Source of the DNA: an uncultured Alphaproteobacteria bacterium
GTDB taxonomy: Bacteria > Pseudomonadota > Alphaproteobacteria > JAAXGF01
DNA length: 47,972 nt
Assembly (NCBI GenBank): GCA_964531525.1
Contig: CAZHDF010000004.1
Coordinates: 1-47,972, forward strand
Reading direction: 5' to 3'
The translations under genes and the position numbers were made by a program. Within the stretch, counting starts at the first letter, position 1. The number at the start of each line of letters is the position of its first letter. Below are positions 35,885-45,551 of this stretch, piece by piece. The notes under the pieces were generated by a model. The model was not told the DNA's origin. It did not search any database and worked only from the letters and a program-made list of their open reading frames with translations.

Positions 35885-37528
35885 CTAGCCCCGGTCGAGG
35901 CGCCCGAGCGCGATGATCTCGTCGAAGGCCAGGCCCGCGGGCAGGGTCCCGAGCGCAAGGCCCCAATCGCCGCCGAGGCGCGAGGCGCAGAAGGCGTCCG
36001 CCACCGCCGGCGGAGCGAAACGGACCGCGAGCGCGCCTTGCAGGGCGAGCGCCATGCTCTCGACCAGGCGACGCGCGCGCGGCTCGCGGTCCTCCTTGGC
36101 GGCGAGGTCCGTCTTCAACCGCGCGACCGCCGCGTCCAGGCGGCGGTCGCCGCCGCGCGCGGCGTCGAGCTCGGCGAAAAAGGCGTCGAGGCTGTCGGGC
36201 GCGCGCGCCATCGCGCGCAGCACGTCGAGGCAGATGACGTTCCCCGATCCCTCCCAGATGCTGTTGACCGGGGCCTCGCGGTAGAGACGCGGCATCGCCG
36301 ATTCCTCGACGTAACCGCCGCCGCCCAGGCATTCCATCGCCTCGAACACGTGGTTGGGCAGCCGCTTGTTGATCCAGTACTTGGCGATCGCGACCGCGAT
36401 CCGAGCAAAGGGGTCGCCCGGCGCATCGAACCCGCGCGCGACCCGCGCCGCCATCATCGTCGCCGTCGCCCATTCGACCACCAGATCGGCGAGCAGGTTG
36501 CGCATCAACGGCTGGTCGACGAGCGTCCGCTGGAAGGCGCGGCGGTGAGCCGCGTGATGGACCGCCTGCACCACCGCCTGGCGCATCATCCCGGCGGCGG
36601 CGAGCGCGGTGTCGAGCCGGGTGTGATGGACCATCTCGATGATGGTGCGAATGCCCTGGCCTTCCTCGCCGACGATTTCCGCCCAGGTTCCCCGGTACTC
36701 GATCTCGGCCGAGGCATTCGAGCGGTCGCCGAGCTTGTCCTTCAGGCGCTGAATGAAGAACGGGTTGCGACTGCCGTCGGGACGCCAGCGCGGCACCAGG
36801 AAGCAGCCGACCCCCGCGTCGGTGTAGGCGATCGTGAGGAAGGCGTCCGACATGGGCGCCGAGCAGAACCACTTGTGGCCGGTCAGCTCGTAGGTCCCGC
36901 CGCCGAGCGCGCGGGCGCGCGTGGTCGCGGCGCGCACGTCCGAGCCGCCCTGCTTCTCGGTCATCGCCATGCCCATCGTCGCCCCGGTCTTCTCGCCCGC
37001 CGGAATGCAACGAGGATCGTACTCGGTCGCGGTGATCCGGGGCTCCCACTCGGCCGCCAGCGCGGGCGCGCGGCGCAGCGCGGGCACCGCGGCGTAGGTC
37101 ATGGTGATCGGACAGCAGACGCCCGCCTCGGCCTGAACGAGAAGATATTCAAGCGCCATATGCGCGACATGCGCGCCCTTGCGCTTGGCGGTCCAGGCGA
37201 TCGAATGGACCTCGTGGCGCTTGGCGAGCGTCATCAAGGCGTGATAGGCGGGATGGTATTCGACCTCGTCGATACGATGTCCGAAGCGATCGAAGGCACG
37301 CAGCTCGGGCGGATAGCGATTGGCCGCCTCGGCGAACGCCTGCACGGAGTCCTCGCCCAGCGCCGCGCCAAAGGCGCGCACCCGCTTTTCCGCCCAGCCG
37401 GCGCCCTCGCGGCGCAGCGCCGCGCGCAGGATCGGGTCGGTATCAAAGAGATTGTAGGCCGCGAGTGGCGGCGGTTGGTTGGTGACCTCGTGGGTCTCGA
37501 GCGTGGCGATCGGCGCCCGCGGCGGCAT
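35885..37528 (-). CDS. AidB-like acyl-CoA dehydrogenase
   Basis: ATG at 37528 after GGGAGA. Contains HEVTNQPPPLAAYNLFDTDPILRAAL...FDRFGHRIDEVEYHPAYH, typical of the AidB subgroup. Length 547 aa. Confidence 0.8.
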   Translation of the reverse strand: MPPRAPIATLETHEVTNQPPPLAAYNLFDTDPILRAALRREGAGWAEKRVRAFGAALGEDSVQAFAEAANRYPPELRAFDRFGHRIDEVEYHPAYHALMTLAKRHEVHSIAWTAKRKGAHVAHMALEYLLVQAEAGVCCPITMTYAAVPALRRAPALAAEWEPRITATEYDPRCIPAGEKTGATMGMAMTEKQGGSDVRAATTRARALGGGTYELTGHKWFCSAPMSDAFLTIAYTDAGVGCFLVPRWRPDGSRNPFFIQRLKDKLGDRSNASAEIEYRGTWAEIVGEEGQGIRTIIEMVHHTRLDTALAAAGMMRQAVVQAVHHAAHRRAFQRTLVDQPLMRNLLADLVVEWATATMMAARVARGFDAPGDPFARIAVAIAKYWINKRLPNHVFEAMECLGGGGYVEESAMPRLYREAPVNSIWEGSGNVICLDVLRAMARAPDSLDAFFAELDAARGGDRRLDAAVARLKTDLAAKEDREPRARRLVESMALALQGALAVRFAPPAVADAFCASRLGGDWGLALGTLPAGLAFDEIIALGRLDRG

Positions 37529-37854
37529 CGAAAATCTCCCGCCAATGCTGCACGGCGCCGCCAACTGCCCATCGAACGGCCTCGGCGACGCCCGATCAGG
37601 ATCGGCGTCGCGCGCGGCCCTGTCAACGTTCCGTCTTCAAGGGCTACTGAAAATCGACCGGATCGGGATTACATTCAGTCAGAGTAAAATTCCCGCGAAC
37701 GAAGCGGGACAATATATGGTTTGTTCACCATTTTCACCGATAAGCTGTTGGTCCGATTGGAACCTCGCCTAACACCGCCGTCAGACGCACCAAGAGGGGG
37801 ACCGACCGCCGACGCTCGCCGTTCGAAACGTGACACGAGATCAGCCGTCGGAAC

Positions 37855-40212
37855 ATGAATCAGAAGCAAGACCTCGAAATCAGCGAAACCACCTACCAGT
37901 GGTGCGTTCGAGCGTTCTCGTTCCTTTACAAGCACCTCGAAGTCAATATCGCGGTCCACGACAGCGACGACCGCATCGCCAACGGGCAGATCTTTCTGTT
38001 CAACCATTTCGCCCGCTTCGAGGCGGTCATCCCCCAATACCTGATCTACCGCGAGACCGGGGTCTACTGTCGAAGCGTCGCGGCGAGCGAGCTGTTCACC
38101 GGCAACGAGACGCTCTCGAAGCTGTTGCGCGCGGTCGGCGCGGTGCCCAACGATCTCCCCGGGCTTCTGCCCTATCTCGCCGCCGAGATCCTGCGCGGGC
38201 GCAAGGTGGTCGTGTTCCCCGAGGGCGGCATGGTGAAGGACCGTCGGGTGGTCGACGAGAACGGCCAGTACAGCGTCTTCTCGTCGAGCGCCCATCAGCG
38301 GCGCAAGCATCACAAGGGCGCGGCGGCGCTCGCGATCATGCTCGAACTGTTCAAGAAGCGGATCCTCACCGTCCACGAGGCCGGCGAGGTCGCGCGGCTC
38401 GAACGCTGGGTCCGCGCGGTCGGCCTCGACAGCGTCGAGGCATTGCTCGCCGCCGCGCGGCGGCCGACGCTGATCGTGCCGGCGAACATCACCTTCTACC
38501 CGATCCGCAGCGACGACAACCTGCTTCGCAAGGCGGCCAAGCTGTTCGGCGGCGACCTCGGCGGCCGGGTGCGCGAGGAACTGCTGATCGAGGGCAATCT
38601 CCTTCTCAAGCCGACCGACATGGATATCCGCTTCGGCACGCCCATGGCGTCGGGAATCGCCTGGTACTGGTGGGAGCTCGTGTTGCTCAGGCGGATCTTC
38701 GCGCGGGTCAACAGCCTCGAGGACTTGTTCGGCCTGAACCGGATCTCCGACAGTTGGATCGAGCGCCTGGTGACCCGGGGCCTGGCCCACAAGACCCGCC
38801 GGCTGCGCGATCAATGCATGCGCGAGATGTACCGGCGCGTGACCGTCAATCTCAGCCATCTCGCCGCGCGCCTGATCCTGCGCCTACACGATCGGGGCCG
38901 GGGCGAAATCGAGCGCGCGCGGTTCCACCATACGCTCTACCTCGCGATCAAGAACGCCCAGGCCGAGCCCGGCATCTATCTCCACCACAGCCTGACCGAT
39001 CCCGCGGCCTACGGCGGCATCCACGAAGGCGCCTGCCCGAGCTTCGCCGAGTTCCTGGAGGCCGCGGTCTCGTCGGGGCTGGTCGAGGCGACCGAGAGCC
39101 ATTACCGCTTCCTGCCCAAGCTGCGGGCCGAGCTTTCGTTCCACGAGGTGCGACTCGAAAACATGGTCGCGGTCTACGCCAACGAAGTCGCGCCCATCGG
39201 CCCCGCCTGCCGCGCCGTCGACCGCGCGATGGAGGCGGGCGCCGACCTCGACCCGGCGGTGCTCTCGCGGCTTTTGTTCGACGACGAGCTGCGCGCCTAC
39301 GCCCTGGCCAAAAAGGCCTACATCAAGCCGCATTACGCCGAGATCAACGCCCAACAGACCGCGACCCGGAGCGGCGAGCCCTATCTTCTAGAGCCCGCCG
39401 AATCGCGCGAAACGGACGGCGCGCGCGACCTCGGCATCGTGCTGGTCCACGGCTTCCTCGCCTCTCCCGCCGAGCTTCGCGAACTCGGCGAAAAGCTCGC
39501 CGCGCGGGGCCATCCGGTGATCGGGGTGCGCCTCGCGGGGCACGGCACCTCGCCTTGGGATCTGCGCGATCGGTCCTGGCAGGATTGGCTCGAATCGGTG
39601 CGCCGCGGCTACCGGATCATGCAGGGACTGACCGGGCGCGTCTGCCTGATCGGATTCTCGACCGGCGGCTCGCTCGCCCTGCGCCTCGCGGCCGAGCGAC
39701 CCGACGATCTCGCCGGGGTCGTCGCCGTCTCGGCGCCGGTCCGGTTCCGCAATCGAAACCTCATCTTCGTTCCCATGATCCACGGCGCCAACAGGTTGAC
39801 CAGATGGGCATCCTCGCTCGAAGGCGTGATGCCCTTCCGGGAGAACGAGTCCGAGCATCCCGACATCAACTACCGCCACATGCCGATCCGCGGGCTGTTC
39901 GAGCTTCGCCGACTGGTCGCCGAGCTCACCCGGCGACTCGGCGATGTCGTTTGCCCGATCGCGGTCATCCAAGGCAGCGACGACCGGGTCGTCGACCCGC
40001 GAAGCGCGCGAATGATCGTCAACAAGGTGAAATCGGCGGAAAAATCACTCCATATCGTACCGTCGGACCGCCACGGGATCGTGACCGAGAACATCGGCGA
40101 TACCCACGAGATCATCCTCGATTTCGTGACCGCGCTTTCCGACGGCGCAACGCGGCCGGCGTCGCCCGAGCCGGCGGCGGAGGGGGACCGCGATGTGCGC
40201 GCCGCGCTCTGA
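37855..40212 (+). CDS. Fusion protein: N-terminal PlsC/LPLAT-type acyltransferase, ~270-aa middle region of unknown function, C-terminal alpha/beta-hydrolase (Est30/monoacylglycerol-lipase-like)
   Basis: Acyltransferase motifs FNHFARFE (H51, with E56 in place of the usual D) and VVFPEGG (121-125). Hydrolase motifs VLVHGFLASP, the nucleophile elbow GFSTGG, GSDDRVVD and SDRHGIV. Confidence 0.75.
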   Translation: MNQKQDLEISETTYQWCVRAFSFLYKHLEVNIAVHDSDDRIANGQIFLFNHFARFEAVIPQYLIYRETGVYCRSVAASELFTGNETLSKLLRAVGAVPNDLPGLLPYLAAEILRGRKVVVFPEGGMVKDRRVVDENGQYSVFSSSAHQRRKHHKGAAALAIMLELFKKRILTVHEAGEVARLERWVRAVGLDSVEALLAAARRPTLIVPANITFYPIRSDDNLLRKAAKLFGGDLGGRVREELLIEGNLLLKPTDMDIRFGTPMASGIAWYWWELVLLRRIFARVNSLEDLFGLNRISDSWIERLVTRGLAHKTRRLRDQCMREMYRRVTVNLSHLAARLILRLHDRGRGEIERARFHHTLYLAIKNAQAEPGIYLHHSLTDPAAYGGIHEGACPSFAEFLEAAVSSGLVEATESHYRFLPKLRAELSFHEVRLENMVAVYANEVAPIGPACRAVDRAMEAGADLDPAVLSRLLFDDELRAYALAKKAYIKPHYAEINAQQTATRSGEPYLLEPAESRETDGARDLGIVLVHGFLASPAELRELGEKLAARGHPVIGVRLAGHGTSPWDLRDRSWQDWLESVRRGYRIMQGLTGRVCLIGFSTGGSLALRLAAERPDDLAGVVAVSAPVRFRNRNLIFVPMIHGANRLTRWASSLEGVMPFRENESEHPDINYRHMPIRGLFELRRLVAELTRRLGDVVCPIAVIQGSDDRVVDPRSARMIVNKVKSAEKSLHIVPSDRHGIVTENIGDTHEIILDFVTALSDGATRPASPEPAAEGDRDVRAAL

Positions 40213-40243
40213 ACCCGCCGGGCGCGGCGGGGAGAGTTAGCCC

Positions 40244-42052
40244 ATGCGGCCAGGCTTCGCCGACGGCCTGACCCGGGCGACGCGCGCGCTGCGCGGCCTG
40301 TTCGCGCGTGCCGGGCGTCCCCCCGCGTCCGACGCGACCGAGGCACCCGCCTGGGGCCGACCGTATCCCTGGGAGCGAAGCTATCCCGAGGGCATCGAAT
40401 GGGACGTGACCTTCGAGCCGATTCCCCTGCCCACGCTTTTCGATCGCGCGGCGGCCGAGCACGACGCGCGCACCTGCATCGACTTCCGCGGCCGGCGCTA
40501 CCGCTACCGCGAGGTCGCCGAACTCGTCTCGCGCGCCGCCAAGGGGTTTCAGTCGCTCGGGGTCCACAAGGGGCTCAAGGTCGCGCTGATGCTTCCCAAC
40601 TCGCCCTACGAGATCATTTGCTTCTATGCGGTGCTCAAGGCCGGCGGCACGGTGGTCAACATCAACCCGCTCTACGCCGAGCGCGAGATCGACCGCGAGA
40701 TCCGCGATTCGGGCGCACGCATCCTCGTCACCCTCGACATGCTGGCGCTCTACCGCAAGGCCGCGCCCCGGCTCGAAAGCGATAGCGGGCTGGAGCGGAT
40801 CGTCGTCTGCGGCATGGGCGAGATCCTGCCGTTCCGCGAAAAGGCCCTGTTCAAGCTGCTCAAGCGGCGCGAGGTCGCGCATGTGCCCGACGACGACCGC
40901 CACGTTCGCTACGAGACGCTGATCGACAACGACGGCGCGCCGGACCCGGTCGAGATCGACCCGGCGCGCGATATCGCCGTGCTTCAGTACACGGGGGGCA
41001 CCACCGGGGTTCCCAAGGGCGCCGAGCTGACCCACGCCAATCTTTACGCCAATATGCGCCAAGTCGCGATGTGGGCGCCCGACCTGCGGCCGGGCGAGGA
41101 AAGAATCCTCGGCGTGCTGCCGCTGTTCCACGCCTTCGGCATGACGGCGGTGATGAACCTCGGCATCGCGATCGGCGCCGAGATCGTGCTGCTGCCCCGC
41201 TTCAAGACCGGCGAGGTGGTGCGGACCATCCACCGCCGGCGGCCGACGGTGTTCATCGGCGTGCCGACGATGTATTCGGCGCTCAACGTCTCGCGCGAGA
41301 TCGGCGACCACGACCTCTCGAGCCTGACCTACTGCATCTCGGGCGGCGCGCCGCTGCCGGTCGCGGTCCATCGCCGCTTCGAGGAGATCACCGGCTGCAC
41401 CCTGGTCGAGGGCTACGGACTCAGCGAGGCGGGGCCGGTCTGCGCCGTCAATCCGCTCACCGGCGTCAACAAGGTCGGCTCGGTCGGGCTGCCGCTGCCG
41501 GGCACGGTGATCGAGATCGTCGCGCTCGACGATCCCGAGCGCGTGCTGCCCCAGGGCGAGCGGGGCGAGGTCTGCATCCGCGGCCCGCAAGTCATGCGCG
41601 GTTACGCCAACCGGGCGCGCGACAACGTCGACGCCTTTCGCGGCGGCCGCCTGCATACCGGCGATATCGGCTATTTCGACGAGGACGGCTATCTCTACAT
41701 CATCGACCGCATCAAGGATTTGATCCTGTGCGGCGGGTTCAACGTCTACCCGCGCATGGTCGAGGAGGTCATCCATCTGCACCCGGCGGTCGAGGCGGTC
41801 GCCGTCTGCGGAATTCCCGACCGCCACCGAGGCGAGGTCGTCAAGGCGTTCGTCAAATTGCGCGAGGGCGAAACCCTTTCGGCGGCCGAGCTCAAGGCCT
41901 TCCTCAAGGACAAGCTGGCGTCGTTCCAGATGCCCCGCCGGATCGAGTTCCGCGACGCGCTGCCCATGACCGCGATCGGCAAGATCGCGAAGAAGGAGCT
42001 GATCGCCGAGGAGTCGGAGGCGCCCCCCGGCGACCGCGACGAGCCCTCGTGA
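40244..42052 (+). CDS. fadD: Long-chain-fatty-acid--CoA ligase
   Basis: ATG after GGGGAGAG. AMP-binding motif LQYTGGTTGVPKGAELTH, plus GYGLSEAGP and the C-terminal GKIAKKEL. Confidence 0.88.
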   Translation: MRPGFADGLTRATRALRGLFARAGRPPASDATEAPAWGRPYPWERSYPEGIEWDVTFEPIPLPTLFDRAAAEHDARTCIDFRGRRYRYREVAELVSRAAKGFQSLGVHKGLKVALMLPNSPYEIICFYAVLKAGGTVVNINPLYAEREIDREIRDSGARILVTLDMLALYRKAAPRLESDSGLERIVVCGMGEILPFREKALFKLLKRREVAHVPDDDRHVRYETLIDNDGAPDPVEIDPARDIAVLQYTGGTTGVPKGAELTHANLYANMRQVAMWAPDLRPGEERILGVLPLFHAFGMTAVMNLGIAIGAEIVLLPRFKTGEVVRTIHRRRPTVFIGVPTMYSALNVSREIGDHDLSSLTYCISGGAPLPVAVHRRFEEITGCTLVEGYGLSEAGPVCAVNPLTGVNKVGSVGLPLPGTVIEIVALDDPERVLPQGERGEVCIRGPQVMRGYANRARDNVDAFRGGRLHTGDIGYFDEDGYLYIIDRIKDLILCGGFNVYPRMVEEVIHLHPAVEAVAVCGIPDRHRGEVVKAFVKLREGETLSAAELKAFLKDKLASFQMPRRIEFRDALPMTAIGKIAKKELIAEESEAPPGDRDEPS

Positions 42053-42068
42053 AACGGAGGATACGAAC

Positions 42069-43204
<1,136 letters not shown>

Positions 43205-43208
<4 letters not shown>

Positions 43209-45535
43209 GCGAAATCCGCAAGGTCGCGGTGTTCGGCGCCGGGGTCATGGGCGCCGGCATCGCCGCGCAGATCGCCAACGCCGGCGTGCCCGTGCTGCTG
43301 CTCGACATCGTGCCCGAGGGGGCCGCGCGCCGCAGCGCGCTGGCCGAGGACGCGATCGCCCGGCTCGTCAAGTCGCAACCCGCCGCCTTCATGCACAAGC
43401 GCAACGCGGCGCTCGTCACCCCCGGCAACGTCGAGGACGACCTCGAGCGGATCGCCGAGTGCGACTGGATCGTCGAGGCGATCATCGAGCGCGCCGACCT
43501 CAAGCGCGCGCTCTATGAGCGGATCGAGGGCGTTCGCCGCGATGGCTCGATCGTCTCGTCGAACACCTCGACCATTCCGCTCCATGCCCTGACCGAGGGC
43601 CTACCCGAGCGTTTCGCCGCCGACTTCCTGATCACGCACTTCTTCAACCCGCCGCGCTATCTCCGGTTGCTCGAGCTCGCGGCGGGGCCGAACACCCGCG
43701 ACGACGCGATCGCGGCCATCACGCGCTTCGCCGATTACAAGCTCGGCAAGACCGTGGTGCGCTGCAAGGACAGTCCCGGCTTCATCGCCAACCGGCTCGG
43801 AATCTACTGGCTGCAATGCGCGGTGGTGCGCGCCATCGAGACCGGCGTCACGGTCGAGGAGGCCGACGCGGTGCTCGGCCGGCCCATGGGCGCGCCCAAG
43901 ACCGGGGTGTTCGCGCTGCTCGACATGGTGGGGCTCGACCTGATGCCGGCGGTGCTCGCGAGCATGGCCGGGGCCCTGCCCGCCGACGACCCGTTTCACG
44001 CCGTCCACCAAACGCCCGAATTGGTCGAGCGGATGATCGCCGAGGGCTATACCGGCCGCAAGGGCAAGGGCGGCTTCTATCGCCTGAAGCCGGGCGCGAC
44101 CGAGAAGATCAAGGAGGCGGTCGACCTCAAGACCGGCGCCTATCACGTCGCGGCCAAGCCCAAGCTCGCGAGCGTCGCCGCCGCGCGCAAGGGCGGGCCG
44201 AGGGCGCTGCTCGAGCACCCCGACAAGGGCGGGCGCTACGCCTGGTGGGTGCTCGCGCGCACGCTGTCCTACGCCGCCCGGCTGGTGCCCGGGGTCGCCG
44301 ACGACATCGTCGCCGTCGATCAGGCGATGCGCCTCGGCTACAACTGGAAATACGGCCCCTTCGAGTTGCTCGACCGGATCGGCGCCGACTGGTTCGTCGG
44401 CCGCCTGCGCGCCGATGGGCTGGAGGTGCCGCCGCTGCTCGCGCTCGCGGCCCGAAAGGGCGGCTTCTACCGGACCGAGGATGGCCATCTCCGAGCGCTG
44501 ACCCCCGAGGGCGCGTACCGCGACGTTCCGCGTCCCGAGGGCGTGCTGCTGCTCGCCGACATCAAGCGGCGGGGCCGCCCGCTCGCGGCCAACCGCTCGG
44601 CGAGCCTTTGGGACATCGGCGACGGCGTCGTCTGTCTCGAATTCCATTCGAAGATGAACGCGCTCGATCCGCTCACGCTGCGCATGGCGCGAAAGGCGGT
44701 GCGAATCGTCGCCGACGGCTACAAGGCGCTGGTGATCTACAACGAGGGCAACAACTTCTCGGTCGGCGCCAATATCGGGCTGCTGCTGATCGCCATCAAG
44801 CTGCGCGCCTGGTTCGCCGTCAACCCGCTTCTGCGCCAGGGGCAGAACACCTACAAGGCGCTCAAATACGCGCCCTTCCCCGTGGTCGGCGCGCCGGCGG
44901 GCATGGCGCTCGGCGGCGGCTGCGAGATCCTGCTCCACTGCGACGCGATCCAGGCCCATGCCGAGACCTACGCCGGGCTGGTCGAGACCGGCGTCGGCAT
45001 CGTTCCCGCCTGGGGCGGCTGCAAGGAGATGCTCGCGCGCTGGACCGCCGACCGCAAGCGGCCGCGCGGGCCGATGCCGCCGGTGAGCCGGGTGTTCGAG
45101 ATCGTCGGCATGGCGACGGTCGCCAAGTCGGCGGCCGAGGCCCGGGATCTCCTGGTCCTGCGCGAAGGTGACGGCATCACCATGAACCGCGACCGCCTAC
45201 TCGCCGACGCCAAGGCGCGGGCGCTGGCGCTCGCCGAAAACTATACGCCGCCCGAACCCCCGTCCCTGTCGCTGCCCGGCGCGACCGCGCGCGCGGCGTT
45301 GGCGCTGGCGGTCGGCGCGCTGCGCCTGAGCGGCAAGGCCACGCCCCACGACGAGACCGTCGCCGGCGCCCTCGCCGAGGTGCTGAGCGGCGGCGAGACC
45401 GACATTCTCGACCAGGTCGACGAGGATGCGCTGCTCGCCCTCGAACGCCGCGCCTTTGGGCGACTCGCGCGCCATCCGGCGAGCAAGGCCCGCATCGCCC
45501 ATATGCTCGAGACCGGACGACCGCTTCGCAATTGA
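43205..45535 (+). CDS. 3-hydroxyacyl-CoA dehydrogenase / enoyl-CoA hydratase bifunctional protein (dehydrogenase N-terminal, crotonase-fold C-terminal)
   Basis: GTG at 43205 overlaps the thiolase stop (GTGA). The NAD motif is VAVFGAGVMGAGIA. A C-terminal crotonase-like region is present (ALVIYNEGNNFSVGANIG). Length 776 aa. Confidence 0.85.
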
Positions 45536-45551
45536 CCCGAGGAGCCGCGTC

